A DNA stretch of 64,000 nucleotides from contig OZ024757.1 of the NCBI GenBank assembly GCA_964016885.1, positions 23,250,001-23,314,000 on the forward strand, written 5' to 3'. Position 1 is the first letter of the stretch; the number at the start of each line of letters is the position of its first letter. The DNA is from Eledone cirrhosa. Its lineage: Eukaryota. The translations under genes and the position numbers were made by a program. A model generated the notes under the pieces. That model worked only from the letters and a program-made list of their open reading frames with translations. It did not search any database and was not told where the DNA came from. Of the stretch, positions 11,911 to 24,200 are shown piece after piece.

Positions 11911-12504
11911 TTGATAGTTCTGACTGATGGAGAGAGAATATACATATAAAAAAGAGACAAGACCAAGATGAATGTAAACATGCCAACCAACCATCAATAA
12001 AATAATCTGATTTCAGAGAAGAGGATACTTGTTAAAACCAGTGACAGTACTTACAAAGAAAATATTCTTAACCCTTTTGATATGAGCCTGGCCAAAACTA
12101 GTTCTGATTCTTTGAAAAATGACCTCCATTTTAAAGGTGTCCTTTTGAAATTAAAATCTTCCAGTTTAATTTTGTGTAAGAACATTTTAAGTTATGCTAC
12201 AAATACGATCATCATCACCATCTTTTTTATGTCTGTTTTTCAAGTTTGCTTAGATTGGACTTATATATTGTTCCTTCTGTAGTTTTGGCAAGCTTTTACT
12301 TGCTGGATGTCCTTCCTATCGCCAACCACTTTACAGCATGAACTGGGTACGTCATTCATGGCAACAGCACTAGAGAGGTTGTCTTACTAGACCCAAGAGT
12401 CCTCTCGACCCTTTATCAGTTTTTATCCAGAGTGTCCACTCTCCTAGATAAGTTGCCTTGATTAGAGCTTATGGAGTCCACATCTGCCCCTATCTTAATG
12501 AAAT

Positions 12505-12682
12505 AATTGTTTCTATTTTAGGCACAAGGCCAGCAATTAACCAGTGCATTACTGGTACTTTATTTTATCGACCCCGTAAGGATGAAAGGCAAAGTTAACC
12601 TCGGCTGGATTTGAACTCAGATCGTAAAGGGACGTAACTATGCTGCAAAGCATGGTGTCCGACCCTCTACCAATACTGCCAA
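12505..12682 (-). mobile_element. SINE B copy with TSD
   Basis: Near-full minus-strand copy flanked by aatgaaataat at 12497 and 12681. Confidence 0.9.
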
Positions 12683-12954
12683 TGAAATAATGGCTTTATT
12701 TAAATTGCTCCAGATTCTTCATTAATCAATTGAAATAGAGTGTATTTCAATAGAAATATGGTAGCAAATGCTTTAACCCTCTTGCTACCAACCCAACCAA
12801 AACCATTCATTTTAAAGGGCTCCCATTTCAAGTAATATCTTTCAGTATGATTTTATACAAGAACCATATGTTAAGATACTGTTTTATATTGAAAAAGGTT
12901 TACACTAAACATGCATTAAACACTGATAACATCTACTGTGGATAGTACCAATAG

Positions 12955-14442
12955 TGCATGTGGTTGGTGTGTTGGTGTGTGTGTGAATGTGCATGTATAT
13001 TGTGTGTGTGAATGTGCATGTATATTGTGTGTGTGTGCATGTATATTGTGTGTGTGTGTGTGTGCATGTATATTGTGTGTGAGCATGTATATTGTGTGAG
13101 TGTGTGCATGTATATTGTGTGTGTGTTCATGTATATTGTGTGTGAGCATGTATATTATGTGTGAGCATGTATATTGTGTGAGTGTGTGCATGTATATTGT
13201 GTGTGAGCATGTATATTGTGTGAGTGTGTGCATGTATATTGTGTGTGAGTGTGTGCATGTGTATTGTGTGTGTGTTAATGTATATTGTGTGTGTGCATGT
13301 ATATTGTGTGTGAGTGTGTGCATGTGTATTGTGTGTGTGCGCATGTATATTGTGTGTGAGTGTGTGCATGTATATTGTGTGTGAGCATGTATATTGTGTG
13401 TGTGCATGTATATTGTGTGCGTGTGCCTGTATATTGTGTGTGCATGTGTATTGTGTGTGAGCATGTATATTGTGTGTGAGTGTGTGCATGTGTATTGTGT
13501 GTGTGTGTGTGTGCATGTATATTGTGTGTGAGCATGTATATTGTGTGTGTGTGCATGTATATTGTGTGCGTGTGCATGTATATTGTGTGTGCATGTGTAT
13601 TGTGTGTGAGCATGTATATTGTGTGCGAGTGTGTGCATGTATATTGTGTGCGTGTGCATGTATATTGTGTGTGCATGTATATTGTGTGCGTGTGCATGTA
13701 TATTGTGTGTGAGCATGTATATTGTGTGTGTGAATGTGCATGTGTATTGTGTGCGTGTGCATGCATATTGTGTGTGCATGTATACTGTGTGTGAGTGTGT
13801 GCAAGTGTATTGTGTGTGTGTGCATGTATATTGTGTGTGAGCATGTATATTGTGTGTGTGTGCATGTATATTGTGTGTGAGCATGTATATTGTGTGAGTG
13901 TGTGCATGTATATTGTGTGTGAGCATGTATATTGTGTGTGAGTGTGTGCATGTATATTGTGTGTGAGTGTGTGCATGTATATTGTGTGTGTGTGCATGTA
14001 TATTGTGTGTGCATGTATATTGTGTGTGTGTGCATGTATATTGTGTGTGCATGTATATTGTGTGTGCATGTATATTGTGTGTGAGCATGTATATTGTGTG
14101 TGAGCATGTATATTGTGTGTGAGCATGTATATTGTGTGTGAGCATGTATATTGTGTGTGAGTGTGTGCATGTGTATTGTGTGTGTGTGTGCATGTATATT
14201 GTGTGTGAGCATGTATATTGTGCGAGTGTGTGCATGTATATTGTGTGTGTGTTCATGTATATTGTGTGTGAGCATGTATATTATGTGTGAGCATGTATAT
14301 TGTGTGTGAGTCTGTGCATGTGTATTGTGTGTGTGAGCATGTATATTGTGTATGTGTATATTGTGTGTGTGTGTGTGCATGTATATTGTGTATGTGTATA
14401 TTGTGTGTGTGTGTGTGTGCATATATATTGTATGTGTGTATA
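12955..14442. repeat. Minisatellite (tg)n-gcatgtatat, about 17-25-bp units
   Basis: Direct reading of the sequence. Confidence 0.95.
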
Positions 14443-14444
14443 TG

Positions 14445-15752
14445 GGGGCATAACCCAAAGAAACGAGTGGAGCCATGCTGCTTTGAAGCGTTCACTCCTT
14501 AAGCAGGACCCAAGCGCAGTACCTGCAAAAATCCAGCAGGAATTGAGGAGGATTTCTCAATTGTACGAGGAGGATTTCTCAACCATCTGAAGTCACACGA
14601 GCCAGGGAGAAAATGGAGCCACTTGTGAGATGGTTCCACCACCACACCACGTCCCCTGTACCACCACGCCTCCCTGCTGCTGTACATTTGCAATGAGTGC
14701 GGCTCAATTTGCAAGTCAGCCAATAGACTGACCAGACATGTCAAAATACACGAAGGCAAAACTCAGCCAGTAATTTCCAGGAGATAGTTCAAGTGTCACA
14801 TCTGTGAACGTGCTTGTAAAACAAAAGCTGGGATTTCTCAATTGTACGAGGAGGATTTCTCAACCATCTGAAGTCACACGAGCCAGGGAGAAAATGGAGC
14901 CACTTGTGAGATGGTTCCACCACCACACCACGTCCCCTGTACCACCACGCCTCCCTGCTGCTGTACATTTGCAATGAGTGCGGCTCAATTTGCAAGTCAG
15001 CCAGTAGACTGACCAGACATGTCAAAATACACGAAGGCAAAACTCAGCCAGTAATTTCCAGGAGATAGTTCAAGTGTCACATCTGTGAACGTGCTTGTAA
15101 AACAAAAGCTGGGATTTCTCAATTGTACGAGGATGATTTCTCAACCATCTGAAGTCACACGAGCCAGGGAGAAAATGGAGCCACTTGTGAGATGGTTCCA
15201 CCACCACACCACGTCCCCTGTATCACCACGCTCCCCTGCTGTACATTTGCAATGAGTGCGGCTCAATTTGCAAGTCAGCCAGTAGACTGACCAGACATGT
15301 CAAAATACACGAAGGCAAAACTCAGCCAGTAATTTCCAGGAGATAGTTCAAGTGTCACATCTGTGAACGTGCTTGTAAAACAAAAGCTGGGATTTCTCAA
15401 TTGTACGAGGAGGATTTCTCAACCATCTGAAGTCACACGAGCCAGGGAGAAAATGGAGCCACTTGTGAGATGGTTCCACCACCACACCACGTCCCCTGTA
15501 CCACCGCGCCCCCCTGCTGCTGTACATTTGCAATGAGTGTGGCTCAATTTGCAAGTCAGCCAGTAGACTGACCAGACATGTCAAAATACACGAAGGCAAA
15601 ACTCAGCCAGTAATGCGAGGAGATAATTCAAGTGTCACATCTGTGAACGTGTTTGTAAAACAAAAGCTGGCCTGAAAAGTCACCTGCGTGCCCATGATCA
15701 TGCAATGTTTAATGAAGAGATGGCACTCTCCTGACAAGAAGTACCAATCAGC
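14445..15752 (+). pseudogene. LINE (RTE-like) 3' end encoding C2H2 fingers, with a 281-bp segment tandemly repeated 4 times
   Basis: LYICNECGSICKSASRLTRHVKIH and FKCHICERVCKTKAGLKSHLRAH; unit starts at 14550, 14831, 15112 and 15390; in-frame TAG/TAA before FKC. Confidence 0.75.
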
Positions 15753-15824
15753 ATATGTAGCTATGTCTATTGTATGTATGATAGAATGTGTGGATATCTC
15801 TATGTATTTATCTTGTGGTGTTTG

Positions 15825-16505
15825 CATGCATATGTATGTGTGTAGACATGTGTATATGTATATTTCGTCTGTGTGTGTATGTGTGTCTGTGAATGTATAC
15901 TATAGTGCATATGTATGTGTGTAGACGTGTGTATAAGTATATTTCGTATGTGTGTGTGTGTCTGTGAATGTATACTATAGTGTATATGTATGTGTGTAGA
16001 CATGTGTATAAGTATATTTCGTCTGTGTGTGTATGTGTGTCTGTGAATGTATACTATAGTGCATATGTATGCGTGTAGATATGTGTATATCTATATTTCT
16101 TCTGTGTGTGTATGTGTGTCTCTGCATGTATACTATAGTGCATATGTATGTGTGTAGACATGTGTATATGTATATTTCGTCTGTGTGTGTATGTGTGTCT
16201 GTGAATGTATACTATAGTGTATATGTATGTGTGTAGACGTGTGTATAAGTATATTTCGTCTGTGCGTGTATGTGTGTCTGTGTGTGTATGTGTGTATGTG
16301 TGTCTGTGAATGTATGCTATAGTGCATATGTATGCGTGTAGACATGTGTATATGTATATTTCGTGTATGTGTGTCTGTGAATGCATATTATAGTGTATAT
16401 GTATGTGTGTGAGTATGTGTATATGTATATTTTGTCTGTGTGTATATGTGTATATGTATATTTTGTCTGTGTGTGTATATGTGTCTGTGAATGTATACTA
16501 TAGTG
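15825..16505. repeat. ~75-bp TG/TA-rich minisatellite
   Basis: gtgtctgtgaatgtatactatagtg recurs about 8 times. Confidence 0.9.
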
Positions 16506-16523
16506 TAGAAGAAGAAGAAGAAG

Positions 16524-16558
<35 letters not shown>

Positions 16559-16944
16559 GAGGAGGAGGAGGAGGAGGAGGATAAAAGAACCTATTGACTC
16601 CAAAGTGATCAAGTGGTATTTCTAATATGACATGATATGGTGAAATTGACAGAACAGGGAGAGATAGGGTGGCAGAGGGGGTGAGGGGCAGAGTGAGTGA
16701 GAGAAGGGCCAATAAGAGCTGGGGGAGAAGGGGGAGAGTGGAGGAGAGAGAGAGGGAGTGAAGGTAAATAAATAAAATAAATAAACAAACAAACAAATAA
16801 ATATCCCACAACGACAACAACAAGAGGAACAATAAAATGTCATGGCAACAAGAAGCCATTCAGTAACATATTGATAATATTTCAGTTGTAAAGAACATAA
16901 ACTTGATATCCTCTATATTTCTACTGTTGGGTCCCAAATAATAA

Positions 16945-17122
16945 GTGAGGGTGGAATAAGCCGGGAGGGTAGAATAATAAGTGAGGGTGGAAGGAATAAG
17001 CCGGGAGGGTAGAATAAGCCGGGAGGGTGGAATAAGCCGGGAGGGTGGAATAAGCCGGGAGGGTGGAATAAGCTGGGTGGTTGGAATAAGCCGGGAGGGT
17101 GGAATAAGCTGTGGGCTGGAAA
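16945..17122. repeat. 18-bp tandem repeat ggaataagccgggagggt, about 9 units
   Basis: Direct reading of the sequence. Confidence 0.85.
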
Positions 17123-17354
17123 ATTGATAATTTTTTTAGGATGTATCTGTTGATTTAAAAAAAAAAACAGAATTAGTCATTTAGTTTACATATTGAGACC
17201 CCCATCCCACCCCACCCCACCCACCCTGTTTATTTTATAACATATGGGATTTCTTGTAATGTACTTACGTACTTTTTTTTATCATGTATAATGTTTTTTA
17301 ATGTATAAAGAAAATTTAAATAAAATTTCACCAGAGATAGATTAGGAAAATTTA

Positions 17355-18712
17355 ACTGGGTGCTTTTGATTATAGCACTAACAATACCCCCCTTACAGAG
17401 TGGACTGGGTGCTCTTTATTGTGGCACAAGCACTACTCCCTTACAGGGTTGACTGGGTGCTCTTTATTGTGGAACAAGCACTACCCCCTTACAGAGTGGA
17501 CTGGGTGCTCTTTATTGTGGAACCAGCACTACTCCCTTACAGAGTGGACTGGGTGCTCTTTATTGTGGCACAAGCACTACTCCCTTACAGAGTGGACTGG
17601 GTGCTTTTTATTGTGGCACAAGCACTACTCCCTTACAGAGGGGACTGGGTGCTCTTTATTGTGGCACAAGCACTACTCCCTTACAGAGGGGACTGGGTGC
17701 TCTTTATTGTGGCACCAGCACTACTCCCTTACAGAGGGGACTGGGTGCTTTTTATTGTGACACAAGCACTACTCCCTGACAGGGTTGACTGGGTGCTCTT
17801 TATTGTGGCACCAGCACTACTCCCTTACAGGGTTGACTGGGTGCTCTTTATTGTGGCACAAGCACTACTCCCTTACAGAGTTGACTGGGTGCTTTTTATT
17901 GTGGCACAAGCACTACTCCCTTACAGAGGGGACTGGGTGCTTTTTTATTGTGTCACAAGCACTACTCCCTTACAGAGGGGACTGGGTGCTTTTTATTGTG
18001 GCACAAGCACTACTCCCTTACAGGGTTGACTGGGTGCTTTTTACTGTGGCACCAGCACTACTCCCTTACAGAGTGGACTGGGTGCTTTTTATTGTGGTAC
18101 CAGCACTACTCCCTTACAGATTGGACTGGGTGCTCTTTATTGTGGCACAAGCACTACCCCCTTACAGGGTGGACTGGGTGCTTTTTATTGTGGCACAAGC
18201 ACTACCCCCTTACAGAGTGGACTGGGTGCTCTTTATTGTGGCACCAGCACTACTCCCTTACAGAGTGGACTGGGTGCTCTTTATTGTGACACAAGCACTA
18301 CCCCCTTACAGAGTGGACTGGGTGCTCTTTATTGTGGCACCAGCACTACTCCCTTACAGAGTGGACTGGGTGCTCTTTATTGTGACACAAGCACTACTCC
18401 CTTACAGAGTGGACTGGGTGCTCTTTATTGTGGCACCAGCACTACTCCCTTACAGAGTGGACTGGGTGCTCTTTATTGTGGCACAAGCACTACCCCCTTA
18501 CAGAGTGGACTGGGTGCTCTTTATTGTGGCACCAGCACTACTCCCTTACAGAGTGGACTGGGTGCTCTTTATTGTGACACAAGCACTACCCCCTTACAGA
18601 GTGGACTGGGTGCTTTTTATTGTGGCACAAGCACTACCCCCTTACAGGGCGAATTCGGTGCTTTTTATTGTGGCACAAGCACTACCCCCGTACAGGGTGA
18701 ACTGGGTGCTTT
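17355..18712. repeat. 48-bp minisatellite, about 28 units, related to the SINE A internal unit
   Basis: ttacagagtggactgggtgctctttattgtggcacaagcactactccc. Confidence 0.95.
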
Positions 18713-19681
18713 ACATACATGTACTTTTCGTGTTTTCCTCTTTTTCGGTAATGTTCTCTGCATTTTTTTGACACACTGGCGCTAGACATATTGTCTTAAA
18801 TGCGTTCAAATGTCCGTGATTTCCAGCAGACAACTGATGATGGGAATGTCCCCCGTTTGTGCTCTCATTTTTAAATATATATATATGTGTATGTGTGTGT
18901 GTATGGGCTGTATGTATGTTTATTTGTAGGGAAGTAAATATGTGAGCTAGCATGATCCCCTCCCCCCTCCCCACCTCCTCTCCCTAACCAACATCAACAA
19001 CATGCATTTCTATCAACAAACATTCCTTATTTTTCTGTTTGCTGTCATCCCATTTTTATCAAAAGGACATGCATCTTACACCTCACTAACACCTGACCAC
19101 CACCACCAGACCCACATCCAAATTCATCTTTAATATAAAAATTTGTTTAAGTTATTCTTCATAAATTTAAGATAGTTGATTCAACTATAAGAAAAGAATT
19201 TGAAAAACATCTGGCCATTATATTTAGCAAATGGAACCAGCAGGAGAGCACTTTTGCAACCCCTTTCTAAAACACTCCTTAAACACCCCCAACACATTCC
19301 TACTTCACTCCTAATCAATTATCTTGCTCTTACCATTCACTATTTTCTGTATATATAAATATGCTTTAATTCCTCTAAATCTTCATCAACACTCCTTCAC
19401 TCCCACACCACTCATTAACCGCCCTCCCCCACCCCCCGACATACCCATATCTCTTATATATAGAGGAGTCACACATCACAACACAACCTGAGATCAGTTT
19501 GATAATCACCACCAACGAATGCGAAAAAGTTCTCCAGGAAAGTTAACCAGGAATCTTTAAAAATTCTCCCCACCGAAGTTAACAAAGAACTTAACTAGAT
19601 CTACAAAACCAAATTGTAAAATTACAATATTATAAAATTAAATTAAATTGTGTTTAGAACTACAAGTAAAGTCATTCTTTT

Positions 19682-19732
<51 letters not shown>

Positions 19733-19751
19733 TTTTATTTTTATATATATA

Positions 19752-19981
19752 TATCATCATCATTTCATTTTACGTCCGCTTTTTCCCTGCTTGCAAGGGT
19801 GGGACGGGAACTGATTCTGGCTTGATTTCTACAGCTGGATGCCCTTCCTAACACCAACCTCATTTACAGTGAGTGCTAGGTGCTTTTTTGCCGTGGCACC
19901 TCCACGACCACTTTGCAGTGGAATGATAGGGACCCCAGTCCCTATCATCTCATTTCTACAGCTGAGTAAACTGGAGCAATG
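19752..19981 (-). mobile_element. SINE A, 5'-truncated
   Basis: Reverse complement of the SINE A 3' two-thirds. Confidence 0.9.
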
Positions 19982-20435
19982 TGTGTGTATATATACACAC
20001 ACACACACATTTTATTTATATATATATATATACACATACACATATCTAATTTATATATAGGTACATATAAAGTAAATTACTTGTCTGTGTAAGTGATTAC
20101 CGATGTTAGTTGAGGTAAGTGATTACCGATGTTAGTGGAGGTGACAGGGGGTTTCTATTTGATAGAAGACAGGTAATTGGGCGCCAGACATAGCTACTTT
20201 AAAGTGTTTGTAACGAATGCTTTTATGATCAACATAAACCAATAACAACAGCAACAACAACAATACAACACACATTTTATTCTTAACTTCTGCTCCTCAG
20301 TGTCATTAACTCCATTAACAAATTTGCTGACTTCTGCAGAAATAAATATCTGGTTTTTGGAACAACCAGAGAGTAACATCTGCTGTATATGTTCACAGCA
20401 CAACCAATAATATTTCTACAATTCCAGCTAAAAGA

Positions 20436-21035
20436 TTACAACACCTATCGTAGACTACAACACCTCACAACACCTACGGTAGGCTACAACACATCACAAC
20501 AGTCTATAACACCTCACAACACCCACAGTAGACTACAACACCTCACAACACCTATAGTAGACCACAACACCTCACAACAGACTACAACACCTCACAACAT
20601 ATACAGTAGACTACAACACCTCACAACAGACTACAATACCACACAACACCTCACAACAGACTACAACACCTCACAACAGACTACAACACCTCACAACAGA
20701 CCACAACACCTCACAACATATACAGTAGACTACAACACTTCACAACAGACTACATCACCTCACAACACCTACAGTAGACTACAACACCTCACAACAGACT
20801 ACAACACCTCACAACACATACAGTAGAATACAACACCTCACAACACAGTCGATTACAACACCTCACAACACGTACAGTAGGCTACAACAGACTACAACAC
20901 CTCACAACACCTATAGTAGACTACAACACCTTACAACACCTACAGTAGACTACAACACCTCACAACACATACAGTAGGCTACAACACCTCACAACACCTA
21001 TAGTAGGCTACAATACCTACAATAGACTATAACAC
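20436..21035. repeat. Minisatellite gactacaacacctcacaaca(cctacagta)
   Basis: Mixed short and long units. Confidence 0.9.
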
Positions 21036-21225
21036 ATGTTTCAATACATTACGTTTCACAATGAATCACATTGAATCCCCCTGAGTACTACATTAAGGGT
21101 ACATATGTCTGTGGAATACTCAGCCACTTACACTATAATACTGTACCTGTAATTCAGAGGACCAGCAATGTCACATAGTCATGCTGAATCTCCCTGAGTA
21201 CTACATTAAGATAGCATATGTCTGT

Positions 21226-24200
21226 GTGGAGAGCACATAGCCTGGTGGTAAGGGTGTTGAAATTGTCAAAATGTTGTGGGTTCGGTTCCAGGACTGGAAT
21301 GTGTGTTATGTTCTTGAGAAAAACCCCTCATTTCACATTGCTCCATTATTGTCATGGGTCATGTGTTATGTTCTTGAGAAAAACCCCTCATTTCACATTG
21401 CTCCATTATTGTCATGGGTCATGTGTTATGTTCTTGAGAAAAACCCTTCATTTCACATTGCTCCATTATTGTCATGGGTCATGTGTTATGTTCTTGAGAA
21501 AAACCCCTCATTTCACATTGCTCTATTATTGTCATGGGTCGTGTGTTGTGTTCTTAAGCAAAACCCTTCATTTCACATTGCTCCATTACTGTCATGGGTC
21601 GTGTGTTGTGTTCTTGAGCAAAACCCTTCATTTCACATTACTCCATTACTGTCATGGGTCATGTGTTATGTTCTTGAACAAAACCCTTCATTTCACATTG
21701 CTCCAGTACTGTCATGGGTCGTGTGTTGTGTTCTTAAGCAAAACCCTTCATTTCACATTGCTCCATTACTGTCATGGGTCGTGTGTTGTGTTCTTAAGCA
21801 AAACCCTTCATTTCACATTGCTCCATTACTGTCATGGGTCGTGTGTTGTGTTCTTAAGCAAAACCCTTCATTTCACATTGCTCCAGTACTGTCATGGGTC
21901 GTGTGTTGTGTTCTTAAGCAAAACCCTTCATTTCACATTGCTCCATTACTGTCATGGGTCGTGTGTTGTGTTCTTAAGCAAAACCCTTCATTTCACATTG
22001 CTCCATTACTGTCATGGGTCGTGTGTTGTGTTCTTAAGCAAAACCCTTCATTTCACATTGCTCCAGTACTGTCATGGGTCGTGTGTTGTGTTCTTAAGCA
22101 AAACCCTTCATTTCACATTGCTCCATTACTGTCATGGGTCGTGTGTTGTGTTCTTAAGCAAAACCCTTCATTTCACATTACTCCATTACTGTCATGGGTC
22201 GTGTGTTGTGTTCTTGAGAAAAACCCTTCATTTCACATTGCTCCATTACTGTCATGGGTCATGTGTTGTGTTCTTGAACAAAACCCTTCATTTCACATTG
22301 CTCCAGTACTGTCATGGGTCGTGTGTTGTGTTCTTAAGCAAAACCCTTCATTTCACAATGCTCCATTACTGTCATGGGTCATGTGTTGTGTTCTTGAGAA
22401 AAACCCTTCATTTCACATTGCTCCATTACTGTCATGGGTCATGTGTTATGTTCTTGAGAAAAACCCCTCATTTCACATTGCTCCATTATTGTCATGGGTC
22501 GTGTGTTGTGTTCTTAAGCAAAACCCTTCATTTCACATTGCTCCATTACTGTCATGGGTCGTGTGTTGTGTTCTTAAGCAAAACCCTTCATTTCACATTG
22601 CTCCAGTACTGTCATGGGTCGTGTGTTGTGTTCTTAAGCAAAACCCTTCATTTCACATTGCTCCATTACTGTCATGGGTCGTGTGTTGTGTTCTTAAGCA
22701 AAACCCTTCATTTCACATTACTCCATTACTGTCATGGGTCGTGTGTTGTGTTCTTGAGAAAAACCCTTCATTTCACATTGCTCCATTACTGTCATGGGTC
22801 ATGTGTTGTGTTCTTGAACAAAACCCTTCATTTCACATTGCTCCAGTACTGTCATGGGTCGTGTGTTGTGTTCTTAAGCAAAACCCTTCATTTCACAATG
22901 CTCCATTACTGTCATGGGTCATGTGTTATGTTCTTGAACAAAACCCTTCATTTCACAATGCTCCAGTACTGTCATGGGTCATGTGTTGTGTTCTTGAGAA
23001 AAACCCTTCATTTCACATTGCTCCATTACTGTCATGGGTCATGTGTTATGTTCTTGAGAAAAACCCCTCATTTCACATTGCTCCATTATTGTCATGGGTC
23101 GTGTGTTGTGTTCTTAAGCAAAACCCTTCATTTCACATTGCTCCATTACTGTCATGGGTCGTGTGTTGTGTTCTTGAGCAAAACCCTTCATTTCACATTA
23201 CTCCATTACTGTCATCGGTCATGTGTTATGTTCTTGAACAAAACCCTTCATTTCACATTGCTCCAGTACTGTCATGGGTCGTGTGTTGTGTTCTTAAGCA
23301 AAACCCTTCATTTCACATTGCTCCATTACTGTCATGGGTCGTGTGTTGTGTTCTTAAGCAAAACCCTTCATTTCACATTGCTCCATTACTGTCATGGGTC
23401 GTGTGTTGTGTTCTTAAGCAAAACCCTTCATTTCACATTGCTCCATTACTGTCATGGGTCGTGTGTTGTGTTCTTAAGCAAAACCCTTCATTTCACATTG
23501 CTCCATTACTGTCATGGGTCGTGTGTTGTGTTCTTAAGCAAAACCCTTCATTTCACATTGCTCCAGTACTGTCATGGGTCGTGTGTTGTGTTCTTAAGCA
23601 AAACCCTTCATTTCACATTGCTCCATTACTGTCATGGGTCGTGTGTTGTGTTCTTAAGCAAAACCCTTCATTTCACATTACTCCATTACTGTCATGGGTC
23701 GTGTGTTGTGTTCTTGAGAAAAACCCTTCATTTCACATTGCTCCATTACTGTCATGGGTCATGTGTTGTGTTCTTGAACAAAACCCTTCATTTCACATTG
23801 CTCCAGTACTGTCATGGGTCGTGTGTTGTGTTCTTAAGCAAAACCCTTCATTTCACAATGCTCCATTACTGTCATGGGTCATGTGTTGTGTTCTTGAGAA
23901 AAACCCTTCATTTCACATTGCTCCAGTACTGTCATGGGTCATGTGTTGTGTTATTGAACAAAACCCTTCATTTCACATTACTCCATTACTGTCATGGGTC
24001 GTGTGTTGTGTTCTTGAGAAAAACCCTTCATTTCACATTGCTCCATTACTGTCATGGGTCATGTGTTGTGTTCTTGAACAAAACCCTTCATTTCACATTA
24101 CTCCATTACTGTCATGGGTCATGTGTTATGTTCTTGAGAAAAACCCTTCATTTCACATTGCTCCATTACTGTCATGGGTCATGTGTTGTGTTCTTGAACA

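Noticed and set aside
11046-11990. Gly-rich or Val-rich ORFs
   Set aside because: (GGT)n repeat translations
14445-15735. Host C2H2 zinc-finger gene
   Set aside because: No TGEKP linkers, 281-bp unit breaks frame, in-frame stops, LINE-like context
19000-19685. Possible old Penelope-like 3' region ending in (TA)n
   Set aside because: No readable motif or hammerhead core to support it
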